From an uncultured Eubacteriales bacterium (GTDB taxonomy: Bacteria; Bacillota; Clostridia; Oscillospirales; Acutalibacteraceae): a stretch of DNA of 64,000 nucleotides. The stretch is from positions 9,026 through 73,025 of the forward strand of contig CAREUR010000001.1 of NCBI GenBank assembly GCA_948968885.1, in the 5' to 3' direction. Positions 1 through 8,845 of the stretch are shown piece after piece; positions within the stretch are counted from its first letter, which is position 1, and every line of letters begins with the position of its first letter. The translations under genes and the position numbers were made by a program. The notes beneath the pieces are model-generated. The model was not told the origin of the DNA, searched no databases, and worked only from the letters and a program-made list of their open reading frames with translations.

Positions 1-122
1 AAACGTTAGATGCCTACGTCCATTTTCTAATTTGGAATAATCGCTTTGGTCTATGCCCGTTAGATGCTGCATTTTTATTTGCGTAAAACCTTTTTCCTTT
101 CTCAACTTTTTCAGTTTGCTCA

Positions 123-152
123 TTTACATCACCACAAACATTATGGTATAAT
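123..152 (+). promoter_or_regulatory. sigma-A-like promoter (TTTACA-18 nt-TGgTATAAT) upstream of the Cys-rich micro-gene
   Basis: tttaca at 123-128. tataat at 147-152 is preceded by tgg (extended -10). Read by eye. Confidence 0.35.
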
Positions 153-204
153 TGACCTATTAATATTAGGGTGTTTTAGACCTATAACCATTGGAGTGAT
201 TATT

Positions 205-387
205 GTGAAAACCATCAAGTGCGAAAATTATTTTTGCGTTTATTTTTGTGAGGGGATGTGTCGGTTGGAGCAGCTTGATTTGTCGATAACCGGGGCGTGC
301 TGCTCCTGCATCTACGTTGACATTGACGAGACATATTTAAATCGGCAGCGCGAAAAATTGCTCAGCTCGTTGCGGTTTTATGAGTAA
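205..387 (+). CDS. small cysteine-rich protein (60 aa), function unknown
   Basis: GTG at 205 lies 5 nt after GGAGTGA and is in frame with track ORF 64..387. There are 7 Cys in VKTIKCENYFCVYFCEGMCRLEQLDLSITGACCSCIY. The upstream part of the track ORF has no RBS. Confidence 0.5.
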   Translation: MKTIKCENYFCVYFCEGMCRLEQLDLSITGACCSCIYVDIDETYLNRQREKLLSSLRFYE

Positions 388-409
388 AAAAATTTTGTGC
401 GCTTCTATT

Positions 410-1078
410 CTATAAGAAGTATCTGATTATCGCCAAAACCACCAGTATGGCGCCGGAGAGGAGCATAAAGATTTTGGGGTCTGCTTTTTTTTTTGCTGTC
501 AGCTTTTGGCCACAGAATATGCCTAAGCTCAAGAAGATAAACTGGCACATGCCGACCATCACGGGGACGAAAAAATTGTTGATGCCCGAGACTGCACTAC
601 TTATTCCGGCACCAAAAGAGTCTATGGAGAGCGCGACGCCCATATACAGCGATTCTCTTATGCCCATTATTGCTGCGGAGTCCGCTTTGCTGCCGTTTTC
701 ATAAATCTCGTTGCGGATTATTTTTATTGTGAGGCCCAGAGGTTTTAGCACTATTTTCCAGATCTTTCTTTGCGGTCTTTGAACCTCTGGCTCTGGCTCT
801 ACCTCCCCTTCTTTTTTGCTTAGCGCTTGGATTATTATCACCACGCCCAGCACGCCTAACATTCCGGAGCCTATCAGCTTGGCCAGTTGGTCTGGCAAAA
901 ACAGCACTATTATGTTGCCGATGCCTATTGCTGCGGCTGTGAACGCTAGCGAGATCAGGCTGATTATGACTTTGGGCAGTAGCGGGACTTTTTTGCCTCT
1001 TAGGCCGTACGACACGCCGATGCCCAGTGCGTCCATGCTGAGCGATATTGCTAGCAGGATTCCCGACAAGATCCACAT
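410..1078 (-). CDS. ytaF: sporulation membrane protein YtaF (MntP/DUF204-type)
   Basis: 222-aa polytopic ORF with two DUF204-like halves (SLSMDALGIGVSYG ... ALSIDSFGAGISSA), as in the YtaF/MntP family. Confidence 0.8.
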   Translation of the reverse strand: MWILSGILLAISLSMDALGIGVSYGLRGKKVPLLPKVIISLISLAFTAAAIGIGNIIVLFLPDQLAKLIGSGMLGVLGVVIIIQALSKKEGEVEPEPEVQRPQRKIWKIVLKPLGLTIKIIRNEIYENGSKADSAAIMGIRESLYMGVALSIDSFGAGISSAVSGINNFFVPVMVGMCQFIFLSLGIFCGQKLTAKKKADPKIFMLLSGAILVVLAIIRYFL

Positions 1079-1223
1079 TCAACTCACCTCGAATATATTT
1101 TTATCTAATATATGCGGGCCTCGCCATATTGGTTTATGCGCTCGTGCTGCGATCATAACTTTTGCCTTTTGTGAATATACTTCTTTATGGACAACATTTT
1201 TGAGCGTTTAAGGGGTTGACTTG

Positions 1224-3848
1224 ATGGACTGGCACAATTTAAATGCGGGCGACGTTTTGAAAAAATTTAAAGTCGATGAAAACATAGGTCTAAACAATAT
1301 TTCTGTTGCGCAAAAGCAGATAAATTGCGGCAAGAATATTTTGAAGGAGAAGAAGTCTAAGAGCGTTGTGGCAAAGTTTTTTGAGCAATTTTCGGACTTT
1401 ATGGTGATTGTTCTTTTGATTGCGGCGGCTATTTCTTTTGTGACCTCGGCTGTTAAGGGGAATCGCGACTACATCGATTCTATCATCATCCTTTTCATCG
1501 TCATCATGAACGCTATCATCGGCGTTGCGCAGGAGTCTAAGGCCGAGAAGGCTATTGATGCCTTAAAAAAATTGTCTTCGCCTAAGGCGCATGTTATTCG
1601 GGCGGGCAAGAAGGTCATTGTGCCTTCGGAGGAACTCGTTCCTGGCGACATTTTGCTCCTGCACAGTGGTGACTTGGTTCCCGCTGACGCCCGGCTTATT
1701 GAAAGTTTTAACTTGAAGGCCGAGGAGTCCTCTTTGACGGGAGAGTCTTTGTCTGTTGAGAAGGATGCGGGGCGGACTTTTTCCTCTGGTGCCACTTTGG
1801 GCGAGCGTCGCAATATGGTTTTTTCTACTAGCACCATAACGGCGGGGCACGGCAAGGCTATTGTTGTCGAAACCGGCATGAATACTCAGGTTGGAAAGAT
1901 CGCTGGGATGATTATTAATGAGAATTCTTTTCAGACTCCTCTACAGTTAAAGCTCGAAAAAACCAGCAAAGTCCTTGGGATCTGCGCTATTGCCATTTGT
2001 GCCGTTATTTTCTTGCTTGGCGTTATTGAGAAAGTCCCGCCTTTTGAGATGTTCATGATAGCTATAAGTCTGGCTGTGGCGGCGATTCCGGAAGGTCTGC
2101 CGGCTGTGGTTACCATCGTTTTGGCTATGGGCGTTCGCAAGATGGCCGAAAACCGCGCCGTGATAAGGAAGCTCCCCGCTGTGGAGACGCTTGGCAACGC
2201 GACCGTGATTTGCTCCGACAAGACCGGCACGCTGACGCAGAACAAGATGACGGTTACGCAAATTTGCGCCGAGGACGGAAGGATAAATTTTTCTTCGGAG
2301 CTTGGCCAGAAAATCCTGACGCTGGGCGCTTTGTGCAATAATTCCTCCGTTACATACACAAACAAGGAGTTTCGCGCGGTTGGCGAGCCCACCGAGAGTG
2401 CGATCGTTTTGGCGGCCGCCGAGAATGGCAAGGTTAAGACTGACCTTGATAGGGAGTTTCCCAAAAAGTACGAGATTCCTTTTGCCTCCGACAGAAAGCT
2501 CATGACCACTGTTCACAAGCTGCCCAGCGGCAAGTTTCGCGTCATTACTAAGGGCGCGCCGGATTTCCTTTTGGATCGCTCTTCTTTGTGCAACGGGAGG
2601 CCCTTTTCCGCCGACTTAAAGCGCAAAGTTCGCATTCAAAACGAGAACATGGCAAAGTCCGCTTTACGAGTTTTGGCCATTGCCTTCAAGGACGTCGACA
2701 GCATCCCGCATTCACAGAGTGACGTTGAAAATGGTTTGAATTTTTGCGGGCTGATCGGTATGCTGGATCCGCCCCGTCCTCACGTTAAGCTGGCTGTTAG
2801 GGAGTGCAAAAGCGCCGGCATAAAGCCCGTTATGATAACTGGCGACCACATCATCACCGCCAAGGCTATTGCACGCGACTTAGGTATTTTGTCCGACAGC
2901 GACAAGGCTATTAGCGGCGCTCAGCTCGAGAAAATGAGTCAAGACACGCTTGAGAAGGACATTTTCGACTATTCGGTTTTTGCTCGGGTCTCTCCCGAGC
3001 ACAAGGTTCGCATTGTGAAGGCATTCAAGAAGCACGGCGAGACCGTTGCCATGACGGGTGACGGTGTGAACGATGCTCCTGCTTTGAAGGCGGCCGATAT
3101 TGGCTGCGCTATGGGGATCGCGGGGACTGACGTTGCCAAGAACGCCGCTGACATGATTATGACGGACGATAATTTTTCTACCATTGTTGAGGCGGTGCGG
3201 CAGGGGCGCGGGATTTTTGAGAATATCAAAAAGAGTGTGCATTTTTTGATTTCTACCAACATTGGCGAAATTATCACTGTTTTGACCGCTTTTCTACTCA
3301 AGCTGCCCTCGCCTTTGCTGGCTATTCAGCTTTTGTGGATAAATTTGGTTACCGACTCCTTCCCGGCTTTGGCGCTTGGTGTGGAGCCCGTTGACAACGA
3401 AATTATGAATCACAAGCCGCAGGGCAAAAACGCTGCACTTTTTTCTCGCGATGGTTGGCGCAAAATCGTCATTGAGGGCTGCTTTATTGGTGCAATTTCG
3501 TTTTTGGCTTTTAGCATTGGTCGCGTGTTTTTTGACGTCTCTAAAACGCCCATAATCGGTCGCACTATGGCTTTTGCCGTTTTGAGTTTGTCTCAGCTTT
3601 TTCACTCCTTTAACGTTCGGAGCGAGAAGTCTTTGCTCAAGATTGACATTCTCTCTAACATGAAGCTCGTTTACTCCTTCTTCCTTGGCATCATTCTGCA
3701 GGTTGCGGTCATTTCGGTGCCGGCTCTTGCCGTGATATTTAGGACCGCCAACTTGAACTTTGTGCAATGGCTGATTGTCGCGTTGCTTTCTGCCTCGCCC
3801 ATACTGGTTGTTGAATGCGAAAAAATGCTCCTAAACCGTAAATCATGA
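1224..3848 (+). CDS. P-type ATPase, Ca2+-transporting type (YloB/SERCA-like)
   Basis: DKTGTLT phosphorylation motif, SLTGES and TGDGVNDAPALK, with a multi-TM C-terminal half. ATG 1224 has AAGGGG 8 nt upstream; the track start at 1221 is TTG. Confidence 0.92.
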   Translation: MDWHNLNAGDVLKKFKVDENIGLNNISVAQKQINCGKNILKEKKSKSVVAKFFEQFSDFMVIVLLIAAAISFVTSAVKGNRDYIDSIIILFIVIMNAIIGVAQESKAEKAIDALKKLSSPKAHVIRAGKKVIVPSEELVPGDILLLHSGDLVPADARLIESFNLKAEESSLTGESLSVEKDAGRTFSSGATLGERRNMVFSTSTITAGHGKAIVVETGMNTQVGKIAGMIINENSFQTPLQLKLEKTSKVLGICAIAICAVIFLLGVIEKVPPFEMFMIAISLAVAAIPEGLPAVVTIVLAMGVRKMAENRAVIRKLPAVETLGNATVICSDKTGTLTQNKMTVTQICAEDGRINFSSELGQKILTLGALCNNSSVTYTNKEFRAVGEPTESAIVLAAAENGKVKTDLDREFPKKYEIPFASDRKLMTTVHKLPSGKFRVITKGAPDFLLDRSSLCNGRPFSADLKRKVRIQNENMAKSALRVLAIAFKDVDSIPHSQSDVENGLNFCGLIGMLDPPRPHVKLAVRECKSAGIKPVMITGDHIITAKAIARDLGILSDSDKAISGAQLEKMSQDTLEKDIFDYSVFARVSPEHKVRIVKAFKKHGETVAMTGDGVNDAPALKAADIGCAMGIAGTDVAKNAADMIMTDDNFSTIVEAVRQGRGIFENIKKSVHFLISTNIGEIITVLTAFLLKLPSPLLAIQLLWINLVTDSFPALALGVEPVDNEIMNHKPQGKNAALFSRDGWRKIVIEGCFIGAISFLAFSIGRVFFDVSKTPIIGRTMAFAVLSLSQLFHSFNVRSEKSLLKIDILSNMKLVYSFFLGIILQVAVISVPALAVIFRTANLNFVQWLIVALLSASPILVVECEKMLLNRKS

Positions 3849-3965
3849 CGCTATTAAGATTTGCTATACATATTTACAAACGTGTCTGCGACCTTTAAAC
3901 AGCATTGGCACGGGACTTTTAGCCTCTCCAAAATTTTGATTTTGATATTTTGCTATACAATATGC

Positions 3966-3994
3966 TTTACAAAATCGGTTGAGTGTAGTATAAT
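3966..3994 (+). promoter_or_regulatory. sigma-A-like promoter for rpsO (TTTACA-17-TATAAT)
   Basis: tttaca at 3966-3971 and tataat at 3989-3994, 17-nt spacer, about 100 nt upstream of the rpsO ATG. Confidence 0.4.
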
Positions 3995-4094
3995 TAAGGA
4001 GACCTAATTCACGGATTAAGGATACCGCCCGTTGGGGTGCTTGCCCGCCTTATTCTGTGTTTTATGGATTATTTTTTGAAAAAGGTGAGGCAAC

Positions 4095-4358
4095 ATGTTA
4101 AAGTCGGAAAAAACTTCTATTATTGAGACTTATGCTATGCACGAGGGCGACACCGGTTCGCCAGAGGTTCAAATTGCTCTTTTGACTAAGCGAATTAACG
4201 ATTTGAACGATCATTTGAAGATTCACAAAAAAGATCATCACTCTAGGCGTGGCCTTTTGAAGATGGTTGGTCAGAGAAGAAATTTGCTTGGCTATTTGAT
4301 GAAGTCTGATATTGAGCGGTACCGCGCTATTATTGCTAAACTTGGTATTCGTAAATAA
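4095..4358 (+). CDS. rpsO: 30S ribosomal protein S15
   Basis: 87 aa containing [47 protein letters not shown], typical of S15. RBS is AAAGGTGAGG. Confidence 0.97.
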   Translation: MLKSEKTSIIETYAMHEGDTGSPEVQIALLTKRINDLNDHLKIHKKDHHSRRGLLKMVGQRRNLLGYLMKSDIERYRAIIAKLGIRK

Positions 4359-4373
4359 TTTTTTCTTGAGAGG

Positions 4374-4409
4374 GCAGGTGACTTTTGCGTCATCTGCTTA
4401 TCCGTTTTT
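4374..4409 (+). terminator. hairpin plus U-rich tail between rpsO and pnp (terminator or attenuator)
   Basis: gcaggtgac (4374-4382) pairs with gtcatctgc (4389-4397), 9 bp including one G-U pair. It is followed by ttatccgttttt. Confidence 0.45.
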
Positions 4410-4589
4410 GGCGGTATTGCTGGAGTTTTCTTTGTTTTTATTTGCCTAGAACATCTGATATAAATCCCGGTTTTAGCAGTGAAACGTGTGTTTTAAGCTG
4501 GTTTTGCTCGATTTAACATAGGTTTTATTGCTAAGCCCTCCTTATGGATTTATGTTTGGATGTTGAATAAATTTTTTTGGAGGTCTTTT

Positions 4590-6689
4590 ATGTTCGAAAA
4601 TTACAGAGTTTTTAAAACCGATTTTGCCGGCCGTCCGCTTGTTGTTGAGGCTGGCAAGATGGCACAGCTTGCTAACGGCGCTTGTTTGGTGCGGTATGGC
4701 GAGACGGTTGTTAATGTGGCTGTTACGGCCACTGCTGAGTCGCGCGAGGGAATTGACTTTTTTCCTTTGTCGGTTGATTTTGAAGAGAAGATGTACGCTG
4801 TGGGGCGGATTCCGGGTTCTTTTTTACGCCGTGAGGGGCGTCCTAGCGAGAAGGCTATTTTGGTTTCTCGTGTTATTGACCGGCCTATTCGTCCGCTTTT
4901 TCCTAAGGACATGCGCAACGATGTTTCTGTGGTGTGCACTGTTATGTCGGTTGACCCGGATTGCTCTCCTGAAATCGCCGCTATGGTCGGCACTTCCATT
5001 GCTTTGAGCATTTCGGATATTCCTTGGAATGGCCCCATTTCGGGCGTTAGCGTTGGTTTGATTAATGGTGAGTTTATTATTAATCCTGACGCTGAGCAGC
5101 GGAAGATATCTCAGATGGCCGTTACGGTGGCTTCTACCGACAGTCGGATTGCTATGATTGAAGCCGGCGCCAACGAAGTTGACGACGAGACTATGTTTAA
5201 CGGCATCATGGCGGGGCACGAGGTGAATCAGCAGATTATTGCTTTTATTAAGGGGATTCGCGATGAGATTGGCAAGGCGAAGTTCGCTTACACCTCGGCT
5301 GACCCGGACGCTGCTATGCTTGAGGCGATTAAAAATTTTGCTTGTGAGGATCTGAAAGTTGCTCTTGACACCGACGATAAGAAGGTTCGCGATGACCGTC
5401 TTGGCCTGATATATCAGAAGGTTCACGAGCACTTTGCACAGACTTACCCGGACGCTGAGGCTTTGATCGACGAATGTATGTATCGTGCGCAAAAGAGTAT
5501 TGTTCGGCGCTGGCTTTTGGACGAGCAAAAGCGTGTGGATGGCCGGGGAATGGACGAGATTCGTCCTTTAGCTGCAGAGGTTTCTCTTTTACCGCGCGCG
5601 CATGGTTCTGGACTGTTTACTCGCGGGCAGACTCAGGTTTTGACCGTGGCTACTTTGGGCTCGATCGGCGATGAACAGCTTTTGGACGGCATCGATGGCG
5701 AGGTCGAAAAGCGTTATATGCATCACTATAATTTTCCATCCTTCTCCGTTGGCGAAACTAGGCCGAGCCGTGGCCCTGGTCGCCGCGAAATTGGGCATGG
5801 CGCCTTGGCTGAGCGCGCTTTGGTTCCGGTTATTCCCTCTATTGACGAGTTTCCTTATACTATTCGCTTGGTCTCGGAGGTCGTCTCTTCTAACGGGTCG
5901 ACTTCTCAGGGTTCCGTTTGTGGCTCTACGCTGGCTTTGATGGACGCTGGTGTGCCTATAACCGCCCCTGTTGCGGGGATTTCTTGCGGGCTTATTACCG
6001 AGGGCGACCGTTTTATGACCATGGTGGACATTCAGGGACTGGAGGACTTTTTTGGCGACATGGACTTCAAGGTCGCCGGAACTCACCGCGGCATCACCGC
6101 TATTCAGATGGATCTTAAGATCGATGGCTTGACGCCGGCTATTATTAAGGAGGCTCTTTTTAAAACTCACCGAGCTCGCGATTATATCTTGGACGAGGTC
6201 ATGCTGAAGGTTATTGATCGCCCACGCGCTGAGCTTTCTCCTTATGCGCCTAAGATGCTTTCTACTGTGATTGATATTGAGAAGATCCGCGATGTTATCG
6301 GCTCTGGCGGGAAGGTCGTGCAAAAAATTTGCTTGGACTGCGACGTTAAAATCGATATTGAGGACGACGGGCGCGTGTTTATTTCTGCGCTGGACCTTGA
6401 CAACTGCCGCCGCGCCTTGGCTATTATTGAGTCCATTGTTAAGGACCCGCAAGTTGGCGACATTTACACCGGGCGCGTTAGCCGGATTATGGATTTTGGC
6501 GCCTTTGTTGAGTTTGCTCCGGGAAAGGAAGGCCTTTGCCATATTTCTCAGCTGGACACCAAGCGCGCCGAGAAGGTCACGGACACCGTTAAGGTCGGGG
6601 ACGAGATTATTGTTAAGATTACCGAGATTGACGACAAGGGCCGCGTGAATTTGTCGCGCAAGGCCGCCCTTCTTGACAAGAATTCTTAG
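4590..6689 (+). CDS. pnp: polynucleotide phosphorylase
   Basis: Two RNase PH domains, a KH domain (GSGGKVVQKI) and an S1 domain (GRVSRIMDFGAFVEF). ATG 4590 lies 6 nt after GGAGG; the track start 4560 lacks an RBS. Confidence 0.97.
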   Translation: MFENYRVFKTDFAGRPLVVEAGKMAQLANGACLVRYGETVVNVAVTATAESREGIDFFPLSVDFEEKMYAVGRIPGSFLRREGRPSEKAILVSRVIDRPIRPLFPKDMRNDVSVVCTVMSVDPDCSPEIAAMVGTSIALSISDIPWNGPISGVSVGLINGEFIINPDAEQRKISQMAVTVASTDSRIAMIEAGANEVDDETMFNGIMAGHEVNQQIIAFIKGIRDEIGKAKFAYTSADPDAAMLEAIKNFACEDLKVALDTDDKKVRDDRLGLIYQKVHEHFAQTYPDAEALIDECMYRAQKSIVRRWLLDEQKRVDGRGMDEIRPLAAEVSLLPRAHGSGLFTRGQTQVLTVATLGSIGDEQLLDGIDGEVEKRYMHHYNFPSFSVGETRPSRGPGRREIGHGALAERALVPVIPSIDEFPYTIRLVSEVVSSNGSTSQGSVCGSTLALMDAGVPITAPVAGISCGLITEGDRFMTMVDIQGLEDFFGDMDFKVAGTHRGITAIQMDLKIDGLTPAIIKEALFKTHRARDYILDEVMLKVIDRPRAELSPYAPKMLSTVIDIEKIRDVIGSGGKVVQKICLDCDVKIDIEDDGRVFISALDLDNCRRALAIIESIVKDPQVGDIYTGRVSRIMDFGAFVEFAPGKEGLCHISQLDTKRAEKVTDTVKVGDEIIVKITEIDDKGRVNLSRKAALLDKNS

Positions 6690-6721
6690 ATTTTTTAAAA
6701 TGCTAATACGCTTAAAAGGTC

Positions 6722-6759
6722 GTGTGCAGGCAATGTTCTGCATACGGCTTTTATCTTTT
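6722..6759 (+). terminator. intrinsic terminator after pnp
   Basis: gtgtgcag (6722-6729) pairs with ctgcatac (6738-6745), 8 bp with one G-U pair, then ggcttttatctttt. Confidence 0.5.
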
Positions 6760-6809
6760 GGCTTTATAGCTGTGTTGACAAATTTTGCCTCTTTTTTACA
6801 TCCCGCCCG

Positions 6810-6818
6810 TGCTATAAT
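6810..6818 (+). promoter_or_regulatory. extended -10 element TGCTATAAT upstream of the 6871 gene
   Basis: tgc at 6810-6812 and tataat at 6813-6818. There is no good -35. The same TTTGCTATA(A/C) motif recurs at 3860, 3949 and 22484. Confidence 0.3.
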
Positions 6819-6870
6819 CTTGCTTAACTCAAGGCTGGCACCAGTCCGGCCGCCAGAAAGGAACAAGTTT

Positions 6871-7770
6871 ATGGAGCAGGAAAAATCAAAGGTTAGCGAA
6901 TATCACGCGGACTACCGTAGCGCCGGCAAGACCGTCGTCAAGGCCGCCACCATTACAAGCTCAACGCCAGCAAGGTCAGGGTTAACGTGGCGACACGCAG
7001 AAAAAGTACAAGAAAATTTAGCTCAAACACGGGTGCGCTCTCCTAAACCTCGTCAAAATGCCCGTTCTAAGCCTTCTGATCGCGGCACTATTAAAATTTC
7101 TCAAAAAACTAGGCATCAGATCAACATCTATCGATTTCTTTTTGCTGGTGTGACTATGATCCTCGCTATTGTGGGCATTATCATCTTGCTCTCGGCTGTA
7201 AACCGTACCAGCTCGGTCATTAGCGATTCCTCCACTTACGCCAAGTACAACAATTACATTGCACCGGTCGTTATGCATGATCCCGCTCCCTTTGCCTCCC
7301 CGCAGGATGCCGATTCTGACATGGTTGTCTCCTCCTGCATTTGGCGAAATCTCCTTCAGAACGGTGCGGAGGGCTACAAGGAGTTCGACGATCAGGGACT
7401 AACACTCATGCCGGTTGCAGACGTGCAACGTGCCGCGGTAGATTTATTCGGCAGTGCGGACATCATAAATTGTTCTGGTGACATTTTCGGCGCATTTTAT
7501 TCGCACACGGCGGGCGAGGACAATTTTCACATCAGCTCGATCAGCAACGCGGGGACGTTTTTGCCGCATATTGAAGAAATTCTCGAAAAAAAAGACGAGC
7601 TGATTTTGACAGTGTCGTACTTGTCGCGAGAAGATAAATTTTTGAGCCCCGGCGAAGAGAAGGCGCCCGCACCCACGCCAGTCAAGCAAATGGTATACAA
7701 GCTGAAGCTCGGCGCAGACACCGACAAATACTACATCTCATCGATAGAACCCGTGAAAACTCAGATCTGA
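6871..7770 (+). CDS. single-pass membrane protein, function unknown
   Basis: ATG 6871 follows AGAAAGGAAC. A basic Ser/Lys/Arg-rich N-terminal part of about 85 aa is followed by one TM (YRFLFAGVTMILAIVGIIILLSAV) and a C-terminal domain of about 190 aa. The track ORF start 6673 overlaps pnp and has no RBS. Confidence 0.7.
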   Translation: MEQEKSKVSEYHADYRSAGKTVVKAATITSSTPARSGLTWRHAEKVQENLAQTRVRSPKPRQNARSKPSDRGTIKISQKTRHQINIYRFLFAGVTMILAIVGIIILLSAVNRTSSVISDSSTYAKYNNYIAPVVMHDPAPFASPQDADSDMVVSSCIWRNLLQNGAEGYKEFDDQGLTLMPVADVQRAAVDLFGSADIINCSGDIFGAFYSHTAGEDNFHISSISNAGTFLPHIEEILEKKDELILTVSYLSREDKFLSPGEEKAPAPTPVKQMVYKLKLGADTDKYYISSIEPVKTQI

Positions 7771-7772
7771 CC

Positions 7773-8174
7773 TCAAATTATCAGGTACATAAGCGCCAAA
7801 ATCAGGCTCAGGTCGCTGCTTTCGTTCACCAGAATCAGTATCAAAACCAAAACGAGGCTCTTTTCCCTATCATTCAACAGCGCAGAAAAAATGTTCATTT
7901 TGCCGTTTGTTTTAGCCAAAATTTGTTTACCATTAGTATTTTCGTTTAGATTATTTACGTTTTGTATTAAATCTGGGTCTTTCGTTTGTGCCGAAGTATC
8001 GCCATTATGTCTGCATTCTTGCTGATGTTTCGGATTTTCTGTTTTATTTAATTCAATATGCTTTTCACCCGCCGCGAGGCTTTGTTTGGCGCGCTTTTGC
8101 ATCTCTTGCACCCGCCGAACCGCCTCCTGCTGCATTTTTTGCATCTCTTCCATGCTTTCAAAATTACTCTTCAT
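7773..8174 (-). CDS. hypothetical protein with charged helical N-terminus and hydrophobic C-terminal tail
   Basis: 133 aa with RBS GAGGT 6 nt upstream. N-terminus is MEEMQKMQQEAVRRVQEMQKRAK; C-terminus is SLVLVLILILVNESSDLSLILALMYLII. Third gene of a 3-gene minus-strand unit. Confidence 0.7.
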   Translation of the reverse strand: MKSNFESMEEMQKMQQEAVRRVQEMQKRAKQSLAAGEKHIELNKTENPKHQQECRHNGDTSAQTKDPDLIQNVNNLNENTNGKQILAKTNGKMNIFSALLNDREKSLVLVLILILVNESSDLSLILALMYLII

Positions 8175-8215
8175 AAGTTACCTCGTTTACCGTCATCTCG
8201 CCCGGCTTGTGGCCG

Positions 8216-8587
8216 TCAAAAGAGCCCTTGGCTTTTTAGCACCGGCAAAAGCTTGAGCATCTGCAGCATTTTTATCGATTTATCCAGCTTTGCCTGCCGA
8301 TGTTCGCTCAGGTGCGGCCGGAGCGCCTGCAGGAGCCTTGTGTTGTCATCTTCCTTGCTTGCGGTGGACAGCAGTGGCATCAGCTTCATTATGGTTTGGA
8401 GCATTTCTACTGACGCTGTATCGTGTGCTGTTGGGGACTCTTCCGATTCTGCTTGGGATTTGCCCTCCTTGGGCTGATCCTCCTGTCCCTCTTTGCCCTC
8501 CGACAATAGGCCGCTTAGATTTTTTATTTTCTCCATGTTTTCTTTGCTCGCAAGTAGCCCCATCAGCTTTTCTGTTAGTTCGTCCAT
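8216..8587 (-). CDS. hypothetical protein (123 aa)
   Basis: The ATG directly abuts the upstream stop (GGGAGAAAAATAAATG). It has an acidic low-complexity centre and the C-terminus RLLQALRPHLSEHRQAKLDKSIKMLQMLKLL. Confidence 0.7.
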   Translation of the reverse strand: MDELTEKLMGLLASKENMEKIKNLSGLLSEGKEGQEDQPKEGKSQAESEESPTAHDTASVEMLQTIMKLMPLLSTASKEDDNTRLLQALRPHLSEHRQAKLDKSIKMLQMLKLLPVLKSQGLF

Positions 8588-8845
8588 TTATTTTTCTCCC
8601 AGCAGCTTTTGTATCAGCTTTTGCGCCTGCGGCGTGGCCAAGATCTTATTTGCCATGCCTTTGTCCGACAATATCTTTTTTATTTTTTGCGCGTCGTCTT
8701 GCTTCAGGCTCCCTAACAAATTCTCTATATTGCCCTCTTTGGTGGCTTTCTCTAGCTCTTTGGGGCTTTTGCCTAGCTTGTTTGCCACGGATTTTAGCAG
8801 ACTATCGGCGCTTGGACTCTTGGCGTTGTTGTTCTCGCTTGCCAT
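8588..8845 (-). CDS. hypothetical protein (85 aa, Lys-rich, helical)
   Basis: Internal ATG 8845 is preceded by a perfect SD (AAGAGGTGATCAGA). The track start 8884 has none. Confidence 0.65.
   Translation of the reverse strand: MASENNNAKSPSADSLLKSVANKLGKSPKELEKATKEGNIENLLGSLKQDDAQKIKKILSDKGMANKILATPQAQKLIQKLLGEK

Noticed and set aside
64-204. N-terminal 47 codons of track ORF 64..387.
   Set aside because: There is no RBS at ATG 64, and the predicted promoter (123-152) lies inside this stretch. The GTG 205 start with SD explains the Cys-rich core.
5589-6866. 425-aa minus-strand ORF antisense to pnp. Similar long antisense ORFs occur at 40919..42160, 59949..60914, 51292..51996, 54828..55397 and 57044..57724.
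   Set aside because: Each lies entirely opposite a gene with unmistakable family motifs. Their products are Arg/Ser/Asn-rich low-complexity sequences with no RBS, which is the typical shadow-ORF pattern.
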